In this document: piece after piece, positions 54,772 through 64,000 of the stretch
Layout: each line of letters opens with the position of its first letter
Numbering within the stretch: position 1 is the stretch's first letter
Assembly: GCF_000142905.1 (NCBI RefSeq)
Contig: NW_013657647.1
Location: 1-64,000, forward strand
Length of the DNA: 64,000 nt
Reading direction: 5' to 3'
From: Thecamonas trahens ATCC 50062
Lineage: Eukaryota > Protista > Apusomonadida
Notes under the pieces: model-generated
What the model was told of the DNA's origin: nothing
Seen by the model: the letters and a program-made list of their open reading frames with translations, nothing else
Databases searched by the model: none
Translations under genes and position numbers: made by a program

Positions 54772-57700
54772 TTACGCGACAACCATGCTGACCTCGACGC
54801 ACTGATCGAGTCCCATGTAGCAGTCCGAGACAAGGTGGACCGTGAGGGTGTAGTCACCCGGGACGTCAGGCGTGTAGAACTCGAGCTCGGTGGCGAGCTT
54901 GTGTCGGAGACCGCCGACACGCTTGAGGGCAAGGATCTCGTCGTCGAGCCCGACCACAATCCACCAGCCCTCGCGGACCGGTCGCGGGAACCGCGGCGCA
55001 TACGCCTTGTTGGCGTTGCGCTTGGACCGCGGCGCCATCGAGATCGAGACCTTGAGCTTGGCGAGGCTGTCGACGCCGACCCGCCCGGACCCGCCCTTGC
55101 CGCGCTTCTTGCCGCCGGCCTTGATCCACGCCTTGACCGCGACCTTGGGCAGGTATGCCGACACCACACGGCGTGCCTCCTTGAGCTTGCCGCCGCCGAG
55201 TCCGAGCTCCTGCAGTCGTGCGGTGAGCGCGTCGCCCGACAGCGCCTGTAGCTGGCCCATGGTCATGCACCTGGCCGGCCCGCTCTCCACCGCCGAAGGC
55301 TTGACGCCTGGGAGCTGGAGAAGCGACGAGTCGTGCGGGAATCGTGCCTGGACAATGCCCTGTGCGAGGCGCATCGTCGTCAGAGCCGTCGCTAGGTACC
55401 CGGCCTGGGCTGCGACGTCGACCATGGCCTGCAGCACCCGGGCCGATTGGTCAAGAATCGATTTGAGGTCGGTAATGTAGTCGGAGATCGGGAGCGGGAA
55501 CCCGCCCATGTGTGCCTGCAGAAGGATGAACGCCTTGGCATGTGGGTCGTCCCACTCGTAGCCCTCGGTCGGCCACGGAAGGTCCTTGGCCAGCTCGGCA
55601 TTGAGCGCGTCCTCGTTGTGCCGCACCGGGAGCTCGGCAAACTCGGTGGCGTCGGCAAGGATCGACGCTGCCTCGTCCATGCTAACGCTGTCGGTGATAG
55701 CCTCGGCGAGATGGCCCATGGTGGTGTAGTGCAGGTAGTAGTACGAGGCAATGCGGCCCAGCGGTGTCGCTTCGACCAGCGACTCGCCGTTGTCCAGCTC
55801 ACTCAGCGCCACGCACTGCGCCTCTTCGAGCTCGTCGAGATGCCGCGCCACCACGTCCGAGAGGAACGCCGCCATGCCCTCCTCGGACGTGTCCTCAAGT
55901 CCGTAGTACGACGGGTTTGCCGCAAGCCGCCGGAACAGGAACGTCCACGTCAGATAGTCCATCGCGTCCTGCGGGCTCGAAATCGTCCCGCCCACAACCT
56001 CGGCGTTGAGGTGGTCGTGGAGCTGGGTGAGGAGCGACGACTCGACTGGGAACGGCTCGTAGAGGAACTTCTTGTAAAAGTTCTTCTTCGACTCGGCCAC
56101 GAGGACCACTGCTATGCCCGAGGTGTCAAACTGCGGCCGCCCGGCCCGGCCCATCATCTGCAGCACGTCTGTGATGGGAAAGTCGACGTACCGGCCGACC
56201 TTGGCGTCATAGAACTGCGTGCCCTTGATGACGACCAGATGTGCCGGCAGGTTGACGCCCAAGCCAGCGTCGACGTCGACACAAGGACCTGGATCGAACC
56301 GTCAGCAAAGAGCTGCTCCACAATGTCCTTGTCGGACCGCTTGAGCCCAGCGTGGTGCATGCCGATTCCGTACCGCAGGCACGACGCGAGCGCAGAGTCG
56401 TAAACCAACTCAGCCACAGCCTCCATCTCATCAAACGGCTTGCCGAGGAACTGATGCGGGTTAGCCGCCGACGCGCACGCCGAGATCAGCGCCTGTGCTG
56501 TCAGCCGCGTTTGCCGCCGCGACGAGACAAAGACCAGCGCCGGCGCAGACGGCGAGTGCGTCATGATGGCGTCGTAGGTCGGCTTGTTCATCGTCGCCAT
56601 CCGCGGGCAGTAATGCTTGCCCGGGAAGCCAGCAATGTGCACCTCGAGCGGAACCGGCCGCACGCTCGGCCGAAAGTTGTACAACCCTGCGTTGTGCTCG
56701 ATCCCGAGCCAGTCAGCGAGGTCGGTTGCGTTGGCCAGAGCCGTTGAGAGGCCCACAATCCGGATCGCCGCCGACGTCTGCTGCGCAATGTAGTTCATCC
56801 GTGAGACAATGACCTCGAGAATAGGCCCGCGGTCCGCCCCGAGCAAATGGATCTCGTCGATGACCACAAGTCCGACCTTGCGCACGTACGGCCGCTGCTT
56901 CCAGTTCCGCGACACGCCGTCCCACTTTTCCGGCGTGGTGATGACAATGTCTGCCCGCGCCAGCGACCGCGCGTCGGGTGTCACGTCGCCGGTCAGCTCC
57001 ACAATGCTCTTGCCGAGCTTAGAGCAGAGGCCCTTGCGCCATGCCACCATCCGCTCCCGGACAAGCGCCTTGAGCGGTGCCACGTACACAACCGTCGCGT
57101 TGGGCGCCGTCGAAAACAGCCGCAGCATCGCCAGCTCTGCGCAGATCGTCTTGCCCGACCCGGTCGGTGCGCCTAACAGTACGTTGGTGTCGGTGTGGTA
57201 GAGCGTGTGGAAGGCCTGCGTCTGGATCGGGTTAAAGTGCGAGAACGGGTACAGCGCCTCGAAGGCCAGGTTGCTCAGTGCGCTGGTCGCGAGCGGCACA
57301 AGATCTAGCAGCGGTGTGTGCGGCGGCCGTCGGTCCGGAAGGACCAACCCGTCGAGCTCAAGCGGGAGGTAGACCTCAGCGCCGAGCCAGTCGTCTGAAA
57401 TGGCCCGCACAAAGTACTGCGACGGCCGCGGCTCGACGAGAGGGACAGTAAACTCGAGCTCCGCTGTCTCGCCCGCGCTCGCCCGCCGCTTGTCAAGCGC
57501 CCACATCTCCGAGTGGTAGATGTGCGACGAGTCTGCGTCCTGGACCCAGATCCACCAGCGGCTCAGCCCGCCATGGACGCGGTCAGCCCACTGGAACGCC
57601 GGCGTGATGAAGAGCTTGACCCGGAGAATCGAGGCGGTGACCGGATGGACACTCGCCTCCAGCGCAAGGTGCGGGAACTGGCCCACTGCCCGTGCCACCG

Positions 57701-60700
57701 CCGCGCCAGCGTTGTGCATGTGGATCATGGCGCCAATCTCGGCCGCGCCCATGTCCGCCAGCGCATCAAGCCCAAGCTCGGTCTCCTCCAGTCGCTGCAC
57801 CACGTCGTCGCGGAGCTGGCGGAACTGCCGCAGCGGGTGGTCGCTCACCCACAGCCGCTTCTCAATCGACTTGCCGAGGGTGAGGAACATGTCGGCGAGG
57901 TCAACAAAACCACGCTTGAGCGACATGTCAAACAGGCCGCGGACCAGCCTCGATCCGTTCTGCGTCACGTAGTACGTGTCTGAGATAAGCGAGAACGTCC
58001 GCGGGCGCCCGCCGGAAATATGCGTCTGCAGCAGGACAAGGACCTTGAACGTCGGGTCGTCCTTTGCAAGTCCGCGCGGAAGCTTGACCGGGCAGAACTT
58101 TGCGGCGAGCGTCGCTAGCTCACCGGCCTCGTCCGCCCGCACCTTGATCTGCTCAAACTCGGCACACTTGGCGAGGAGCACAAGGACGGCCGGGAGGTCG
58201 AGGCCCGGGCGCAGCGCCTTGTTCACATGCTCCATCGACGCACACTCGATGTAGTAGTGTGATGCCGTCCGCCCGTAGTCAGTGACATAAAAGTTGGTCG
58301 TCCGCTCGTCATACCGGATCATTCGGCACGCGTCCAGCCGCCGCGCCGCGTCCACAATCAGCTGCTCCATCCGCAGGAACAGGCTCGGGTCCGCGAGCAG
58401 ATCCTCGTGCGGAATGCCGTACACCAGCGGGTTGCGGATCATCCGCACGTACAGATACGTGTACCGCAGCCACGAAATGGCTTCGGCCACGTTGGTCACC
58501 GTCCCGAGCACAATCTCGGCGTTGAGATTCGTCGGCAGCCGCTCCATGAACCGCGACTCGATCGGGAGCTGGTGCGTGAGCTTGCGCAGGTAGTCTGGCA
58601 TCTCATCAGAGGAAGTGATCATGATGGCAGAGCCGGTCGCCTCGTACTGCGGCCGGCCAGCCCGTCCGAAAATCTGATTCACATCCAGCATCGATAGCGG
58701 CCGGAAGCCACCTGCATCGGCGTTGTACACCTGTGTGCCCTTGATAATCACCGTCTGCGCCGGCAAGTTCACACCCCACGCAAGCGTCGCCGTGCACGTC
58801 ATGACCTTGATGAACCCGCCCTCAAACAGCTTCTCCGCCAGGTTGCGGTCGGGCCGCAGCATGCCGGCGTGGTGGCACCCAAACCCGTGGCTGAACAGCT
58901 CCTGCAGTTGCGCATTCTTCGATTTGGAGACCCGCTTCGCCATCTCCCGGACTGCCTGCGTCTCGGCTGGGAGGAAGACCTCGCTCGTCCCTGCCCGAGC
59001 CGCCTCGTTGATCATGGCCTCAGCCGTGTTGAACGTGTCCTTGCGGGCGTGGACAAAGACGAGGACCTGGAAGCCGGCCGCCACCGCTGCGTGCGCCTCT
59101 TCGTACGCAATGCGGTTCATAATCCGCACCGACCTGAAGCGGTCCTTCTCCCGCACCCCAATGAACGTCTGCTCGAGCGGGACCGGCCGGTACGACGCGT
59201 CAAAGTGGAACAGGCCTGTGCGCTCGTTGACGCCCAGAAAGTGCGCCACGTCCTTGTAGTTGGGCAGCGTTGCCGAGAGACCGACGATGCGGATCATCGA
59301 CTGCGTCGCCTCGACTTGCCGCAGCGACCGCGCCACCAGCGACTCGATGACTGGGCCACGGTCGTCGTGCAGCAGATGCACTTCGTCAAAGATGAGGAGC
59401 TTGACCAGCGCCGTCAGCGCCATGTCACCCGACTTGCGCGTGATGACGTCCCATTTTTCGGGCGTCGTCACAATCATCTGCGTCTCCATCAGCTCGCGCC
59501 GGGTCAGCTGCATGTCGCCCGTCAGCTCCTTGACGACAAGCCCCAATGGGCGGAGCCGCTTCGAGAACGACGCCACCACCTCGGACGCCAGCGCCTTCAT
59601 CGGCGCCACGTACACAATCTTAAAGTTGGCTCGCCGAATGACGCCAGCGTCGTCCATGTGCACCCCGACCTGGTGCAGAATCGTCATCAGCGCCACGTTG
59701 GTCTTACCGGCGCCGGTCGGCGCACAAATGAGCAAGTTCTCGTTGCGCCGATACGCCGCCTCAAACACCGCAGACTGAATGCGGTTGAGCGACTTGTAGC
59801 CCTTGAACGCCAGCCGGGCCCACGGCTCAAACTCGGAAATCGGAATCAGCCGCTCGCCCGCACCAGGCGGGCTCGCACGTGCTGCCGGAACGTGCACCCG
59901 CCTGTACTCCTTGGTTTTCTCCTCCGTCGCGTTCGAGGGCATCCCGCGGTTGACGGGCGCCGCGCCGACCAGCGAGCCTGAGCCCGAAATCGCCGGCCGC
60001 GCCCGCGCCGCCGCAAGCTTGGCTTGCCGCCGCGCCTCGATCGCCTCGGCCGTGTACGCCTTGGAGCTGACCCCGCCGCTGCCGCCCAAGCTGTTCGCGT
60101 TGCTCTCCGCCTGCCGCGTCCGCCGCCGCTCAATCCGTCGCCGCTCCTTCGCCGCCGCCTTGGCCGCTGCCGATGTGATGGTAAACCCAGCACCGTGCGG
60201 GTTGTTGCTCCCACCAGTCAGGCCCGCAAGGTCAAACACCGCCGCGTCAGCTGCCACCGCCGCATCCATGGCATCAAGTCGCGCAGCAAGCGCCGCGTCC
60301 GACTCTTCCATGCTCAGCCAGTTGGCAACGAGCTCATCGCGCGAGCCGATCAGCTCCGGAATGAGGTCGAGCCCGTTCATGCCGAGCAGTTCAAAAAGGT
60401 GCGACTGGAGCGCTGTGGCGTCGTTGTTCTTGGCCAGCACCTCGTGGACCGCCATTGCCAGCTCGTCGCCACTGGTCCCGACGTCGTTGGCAGCTGCCAC
60501 GCGCGCGCACTGCTCGCGGAGCCACGCCGCGTCCTTGCCGGCCGGGGCGCCTGCCATGGAGCTGGCAGAAGCAGCAACAGCCCGCGCGTCCGACTCTCTC
60601 GCTGCCGCCCTCGCAGGCGCAGGCGCGGAGGACCGCACAGGCTCGGGTCGAACCTCGCTCCGCGGATACCGTGCCTTGTGGAGCGGCAGCGGAGTGAGCG

Positions 60701-61544
60701 GTGGGAGTACGGCGGCATCGATGGCCACGCCCGAGCCAAACGGCTCTTGGGCGCGCGCCGCCGCCATCTTGGCCCGGGTCTCGGCCTCGGCTTCGGCCCG
60801 GATCTCGGCCTTGGTCATGGAACCGTAGTACACGTCGCGAACGTCAGCAATCCAGAGTGCGAGCTTGCGCGCGACAACTGAGAGCTCCGTGGCGAGAGCA
60901 GTCTCGACCTCGCGACCAATAAGCTCGGCAAGCACCTTCCGCTGTGCCACCTTTGTCTCTTGATCAAGGACAAACGGACGGCGAGCGACAATCTCTTCGA
61001 TCTTGCGTCCGGCGTCGGCGACGGCTGCAGCGACCTGCTCAGGATCGGCATCGCTGTCTGCAAACCGGGCTGCTGCCGCAGCCTCGGCCCGCTCCTTCTT
61101 GACCGCAATCTTGGCCTTGGCCTCCTTTCTACCTGCTGCCAGCTCGTCCTCGTCGGGCGCAAGAGCATCAAACAGCTCCTTGGCCATAGCCACAGCAGCA
61201 GCATCTGGCGATGAGCCATCGGGTGGAGTCGGCGCCAGCTCTGCAACCATCGCTACCAGGCGCGAGAACAGCCTCCGCATACGATCTCTCGTCTCTGCAT
61301 CTGGTTCTCTCTTGATCGACTTTGCCATTTCCGGCCACTCGGCAGCCGTCGCCGCTCGCATGCCACTGTTGCTGCCACCGGCTCGGCTTCCACCACTACC
61401 GCCACCATTCCGTCGCGAGGTGACCACAGCATACGCTCGCTCGGCAGCAGCAGTCAGCGCAAAGGTCGCTCCGTACGGTGTCGTCTCTACACGCAGACGG
61501 TGAGAGAGTCGCGGTGCAAACCGCTCAAGTGCCACTCTCGACAT
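54772..61544 (-). CDS. ASCC3: ASCC3/Slh1 tandem Ski2-like helicase with two Sec63 units; frame break at 56258-56260
   Basis: Two helicase cassettes (APTGAGKT/DEVH and APTGSGKT/DEIH); ASCC3-type GFPGKHYCPRMATMNKP and RYVDFPITDVLQMMGRAGRPQFD. Adding one G restores TLAWGVNLPAHLV. Confidence 0.93.
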
Positions 61545-61772
61545 GGTGTGGCTGCGTTGGGTGTGACCGGGTGAGGTTGGTGTGCGTATTGGGGGAGGTG
61601 GAGAGGAGGAGGTTGTGGCGGATCGGCTTTGGAGCCCTTTCGAAGGTGTGCGACAGCTCTTGCCACAACGCACGAAACGCGCCCACCACCGCGCAATCTT
61701 CAGGCGCCCACGCGCAGGCGGAGGAGCAGGAAAGCTTATTTATCATGTCGCACAGCCACACAAGTGCGCGCG

Positions 61773-64000
61773 TTACAGCATCTTGCGGATGGAGGAGCCG
61801 TTGGGAGAGACCTCAAAGCCGTTGTCGATAAACATGGGCGAGGAGAAGAAGGGAGCAAGGTCGTAGACACGGAGCTCGTTGGCCTTGGCCTGGAACTCCT
61901 CCATCTGGATCTCGACAACGTTGGGGGCAGCGTCGCCGTGCTTGATCTGCAGAAAGGCGACGGTGTCGCGGACGAGATTCTGCAGAATGTAGAAGAGCAG
62001 CTCGTTGTTGTCGCGCTTGTAGGCAATGAAGCGGGCAAACTTCTTGCGGAGCGACTCCTTGATCTGGTACTTTTGAGCGCCGATGAACGACTCGAGCATG
62101 ACGCGGACGGCGACGTTGATGTCGTCGTCACGGACCGACTGGCGGAGGTGCATCTTAGCGTGGGCCTCGGCCATGCGGATGATGGACTCGATGTGGCGGA
62201 CGGTGAGGGCAATGCCGCCCGACTTGACCGACTCTGCACGGAGGCGGGCGTAGAGCTTGGTCACCTTTTCGTCGTCGATGCTTGCGGCCTTGGGGTGGAT
62301 GTGCTGCTTGGCGTACATGATGTACTTGCGGAGCATGTCCTGCGAGATGGCGGCCTCGGTGACCTCCTCCTCCTCAGCCATGTCGACGACGACGTCGGGA
62401 TGGTTGTCCATGTGCGAGCCGACAATGAACGACGCGAGCCGGTTGTCCTGCACAGGATCCACCGTGTCGCGCACCACGCACAGGATGTCGAACCGCGAGA
62501 GAATGGGCTCGGTCAGGTCAACGTTGGCGTTGAATGGCAGCGACGGGTCGTACCGGCCCTTGACCGGGTTTGCCGCCGCCACAATGGAGCACCGCGCCTG
62601 CAGCGACGTGACAATGCCAGCCTTGGAGACGGAGATCGACTGCTGCTCCATGGCCTCGTGGATCGACGTCCGATCTTGGTCGTTCATCTTGTCAAACTCG
62701 TCGATGAGGCACACGCCGCGGTCGGCAAGGACTAGAGCGCCGCCCTCGAGCGTCCACTCGGACGTGATCGGGTCGCGGCGGACAGCGGCGGTGAGACCGA
62801 CCGCGGACGCGCCCTGCCCGGTGGTGAACACCGCCCGATGGGCTGTTTTCTCCACGTACTTGAGGAACTGCGACTTGGCGGTTCCGGGATCACCCATCAG
62901 CAGCACGTTGATGTCGCCACGCATCCGGTGCTTGGAGACCTCCTTCGGCTCGCCGCCAAACAGCAGCAGCGCCAGCGCCGTCTTGATGTCACGGTGGCCG
63001 TAGATCGAAGGCGCAATCGAGTTGATGATCTTCTCTCCGATCCGCTCGTCCGAGCCGAGCTTGCGGATTTGTGCCACGTCCTCGTCGGTGAGCCGGAACG
63101 CCTGGTACTGGTCGTCCTTGGTCGAAATGTAGTTGGCTTCGAGGACCGTGGCAAAGACCGGGAACCCGTTCTTGACGTTGAGCCCAAAGTCGTACGTGTT
63201 CTTGTAAACGCCTGTCACCTCGATCTCCTCGCCCGGCCGCACCGAGTCGATGAGGTCCCACAGGAGGACAACTTCCTTGTACCGCGGCAGCCGTCCCGGC
63301 GGCACCGTCCCGGGCGTCTCTTGAAGCGTCACCTTTTGGTAGTTGCGGTAGACCGTCTGCGCAGAGTTGACCGTGAACGGGCCCTTGGACTGGCACTCGG
63401 GACACGAGCCAATGTCGATCTTGCTCGTTGTCTCGTTCTGGAAAAACGGACCAATGAGCGTCCCGCACTTGTCGCAGTTGTACTTTGCGTACGTGAGCTG
63501 CGGGAAGACAGACGTCCGCCGCGTCACCACCCCGGTCACCTTGACCAGCGCATTGAGGTGGACCTGCCGCAGCGCACGCAGCGAGTCCTCAATCGGAAGG
63601 TCCGTGATCCGCACGTGCACCTCGGTCCGGATCGACTGGTAGTTGGGGAACTCCTCGAGGACCACTGCGAGCGCGACCTCGTCGAAAATCTCAAGCATCT
63701 CCGTCGGGTGGTCTGCCAGCCACATGGCGAGCGTGTCCACAGCGTCCACCATGTGCAGGTACGAGACATGCAGCGACTCGCCGTTGGCCGCACACATGTT
63801 ACGGATCCGCACAGAGTAAACTGCGTGCCCTTCCTCGTCCACAAACTCCTTGAGGAACGCCGTCAGCCGCCGTGCAATCTCGCGCCGCGGGCCGTCCTTC
63901 AGAATATACTCGCGAAGTGAGCCCTTGTAGTCTTCCAGATTGATGTCCTCGTCAAGGTACTCATCGGCTCCGCCTTCCTCATCGCCGGCCATCGACATGA
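61773..64000 (-). CDS. MCM2: DNA replication licensing factor MCM2 (5' end outside window)
   Basis: [65 protein letters not shown]. Confidence 0.96.
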   Translation of the reverse strand, partial: MSMAGDEEGGADEYLDEDINLEDYKGSLREYILKDGPRREIARRLTAFLKEFVDEEGHAVYSVRIRNMCAANGESLHVSYLHMVDAVDTLAMWLADHPTEMLEIFDEVALAVVLEEFPNYQSIRTEVHVRITDLPIEDSLRALRQVHLNALVKVTGVVTRRTSVFPQLTYAKYNCDKCGTLIGPFFQNETTSKIDIGSCPECQSKGPFTVNSAQTVYRNYQKVTLQETPGTVPPGRLPRYKEVVLLWDLIDSVRPGEEIEVTGVYKNTYDFGLNVKNGFPVFATVLEANYISTKDDQYQAFRLTDEDVAQIRKLGSDERIGEKIINSIAPSIYGHRDIKTALALLLFGGEPKEVSKHRMRGDINVLLMGDPGTAKSQFLKYVEKTAHRAVFTTGQGASAVGLTAAVRRDPITSEWTLEGGALVLADRGVCLIDEFDKMNDQDRTSIHEAMEQQSISVSKAGIVTSLQARCSIVAAANPVKGRYDPSLPFNANVDLTEPILSRFDILCVVRDTVDPVQDNRLASFIVGSHMDNHPDVVVDMAEEEEVTEAAISQDMLRKYIMYAKQHIHPKAASIDDEKVTKLYARLRAESVKSGGIALTVRHIESIIRMAEAHAKMHLRQSVRDDDINVAVRVMLESFIGAQKYQIKESLRKKFARFIAYKRDNNELLFYILQNLVRDTVAFLQIKHGDAAPNVVEIQMEEFQAKANELRVYDLAPFFSSPMFIDNGFEVSPNGSSIRKML

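Noticed and set aside
6343-61544. Frameshifted genes as pseudogenes
   Set aside because: Conserved genes such as ASCC3, EXO1 and PPP4R1 have intact motifs on both sides of single homopolymer breaks and no in-frame stops.

Overview
This is a GC-rich, gene-dense eukaryotic nuclear window with few short GT-AG introns, one 473-nt N gap and many poly-C/G tracts. The gene set and style suggest a heterotrophic protist; an apusomonad such as Thecamonas is my guess, not proven. I find about 26 protein genes. Recognisable ones are MetRS, EXO1, mitochondrial thioredoxin, a DCAF15-like protein, MTRR, a stand-alone CG-1-like protein, PPP4R1, a UBA-NZF protein, a PH-RapGAP-like-CNH (GARNL3-like) protein, a NodB-type deacetylase, an LRR receptor kinase, an MFS transporter, SAPS-SH3-SH3, DNAJC11, NIPA, complex-I gamma-CA-like, a Ras-like GTPase, a Dpy-30-motif protein, a calmodulin/myosin-light-chain-like protein, ASCC3 and a partial MCM2. 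There is also a tRNA-Lys(CTT). Four things stand out. (1) Three tandem paralogues encode secreted proteins I cannot assign to a family; two end in a Lys-Arg site followed by a conserved 8-Cys peptide, and they show a gene-conversion-like tract and shared CACGTG boxes. (2) About 12 frame breaks are each repaired by adding one base to a homopolymer; these are most likely sequencing errors, but the alternative is testable. (3) Several proteins have unusual domain architectures or look like pseudo-enzymes. (4) The Mg2+ transporter gene has a long, hairpin-containing intron. All family assignments come from recalled motifs; no database searches were run.
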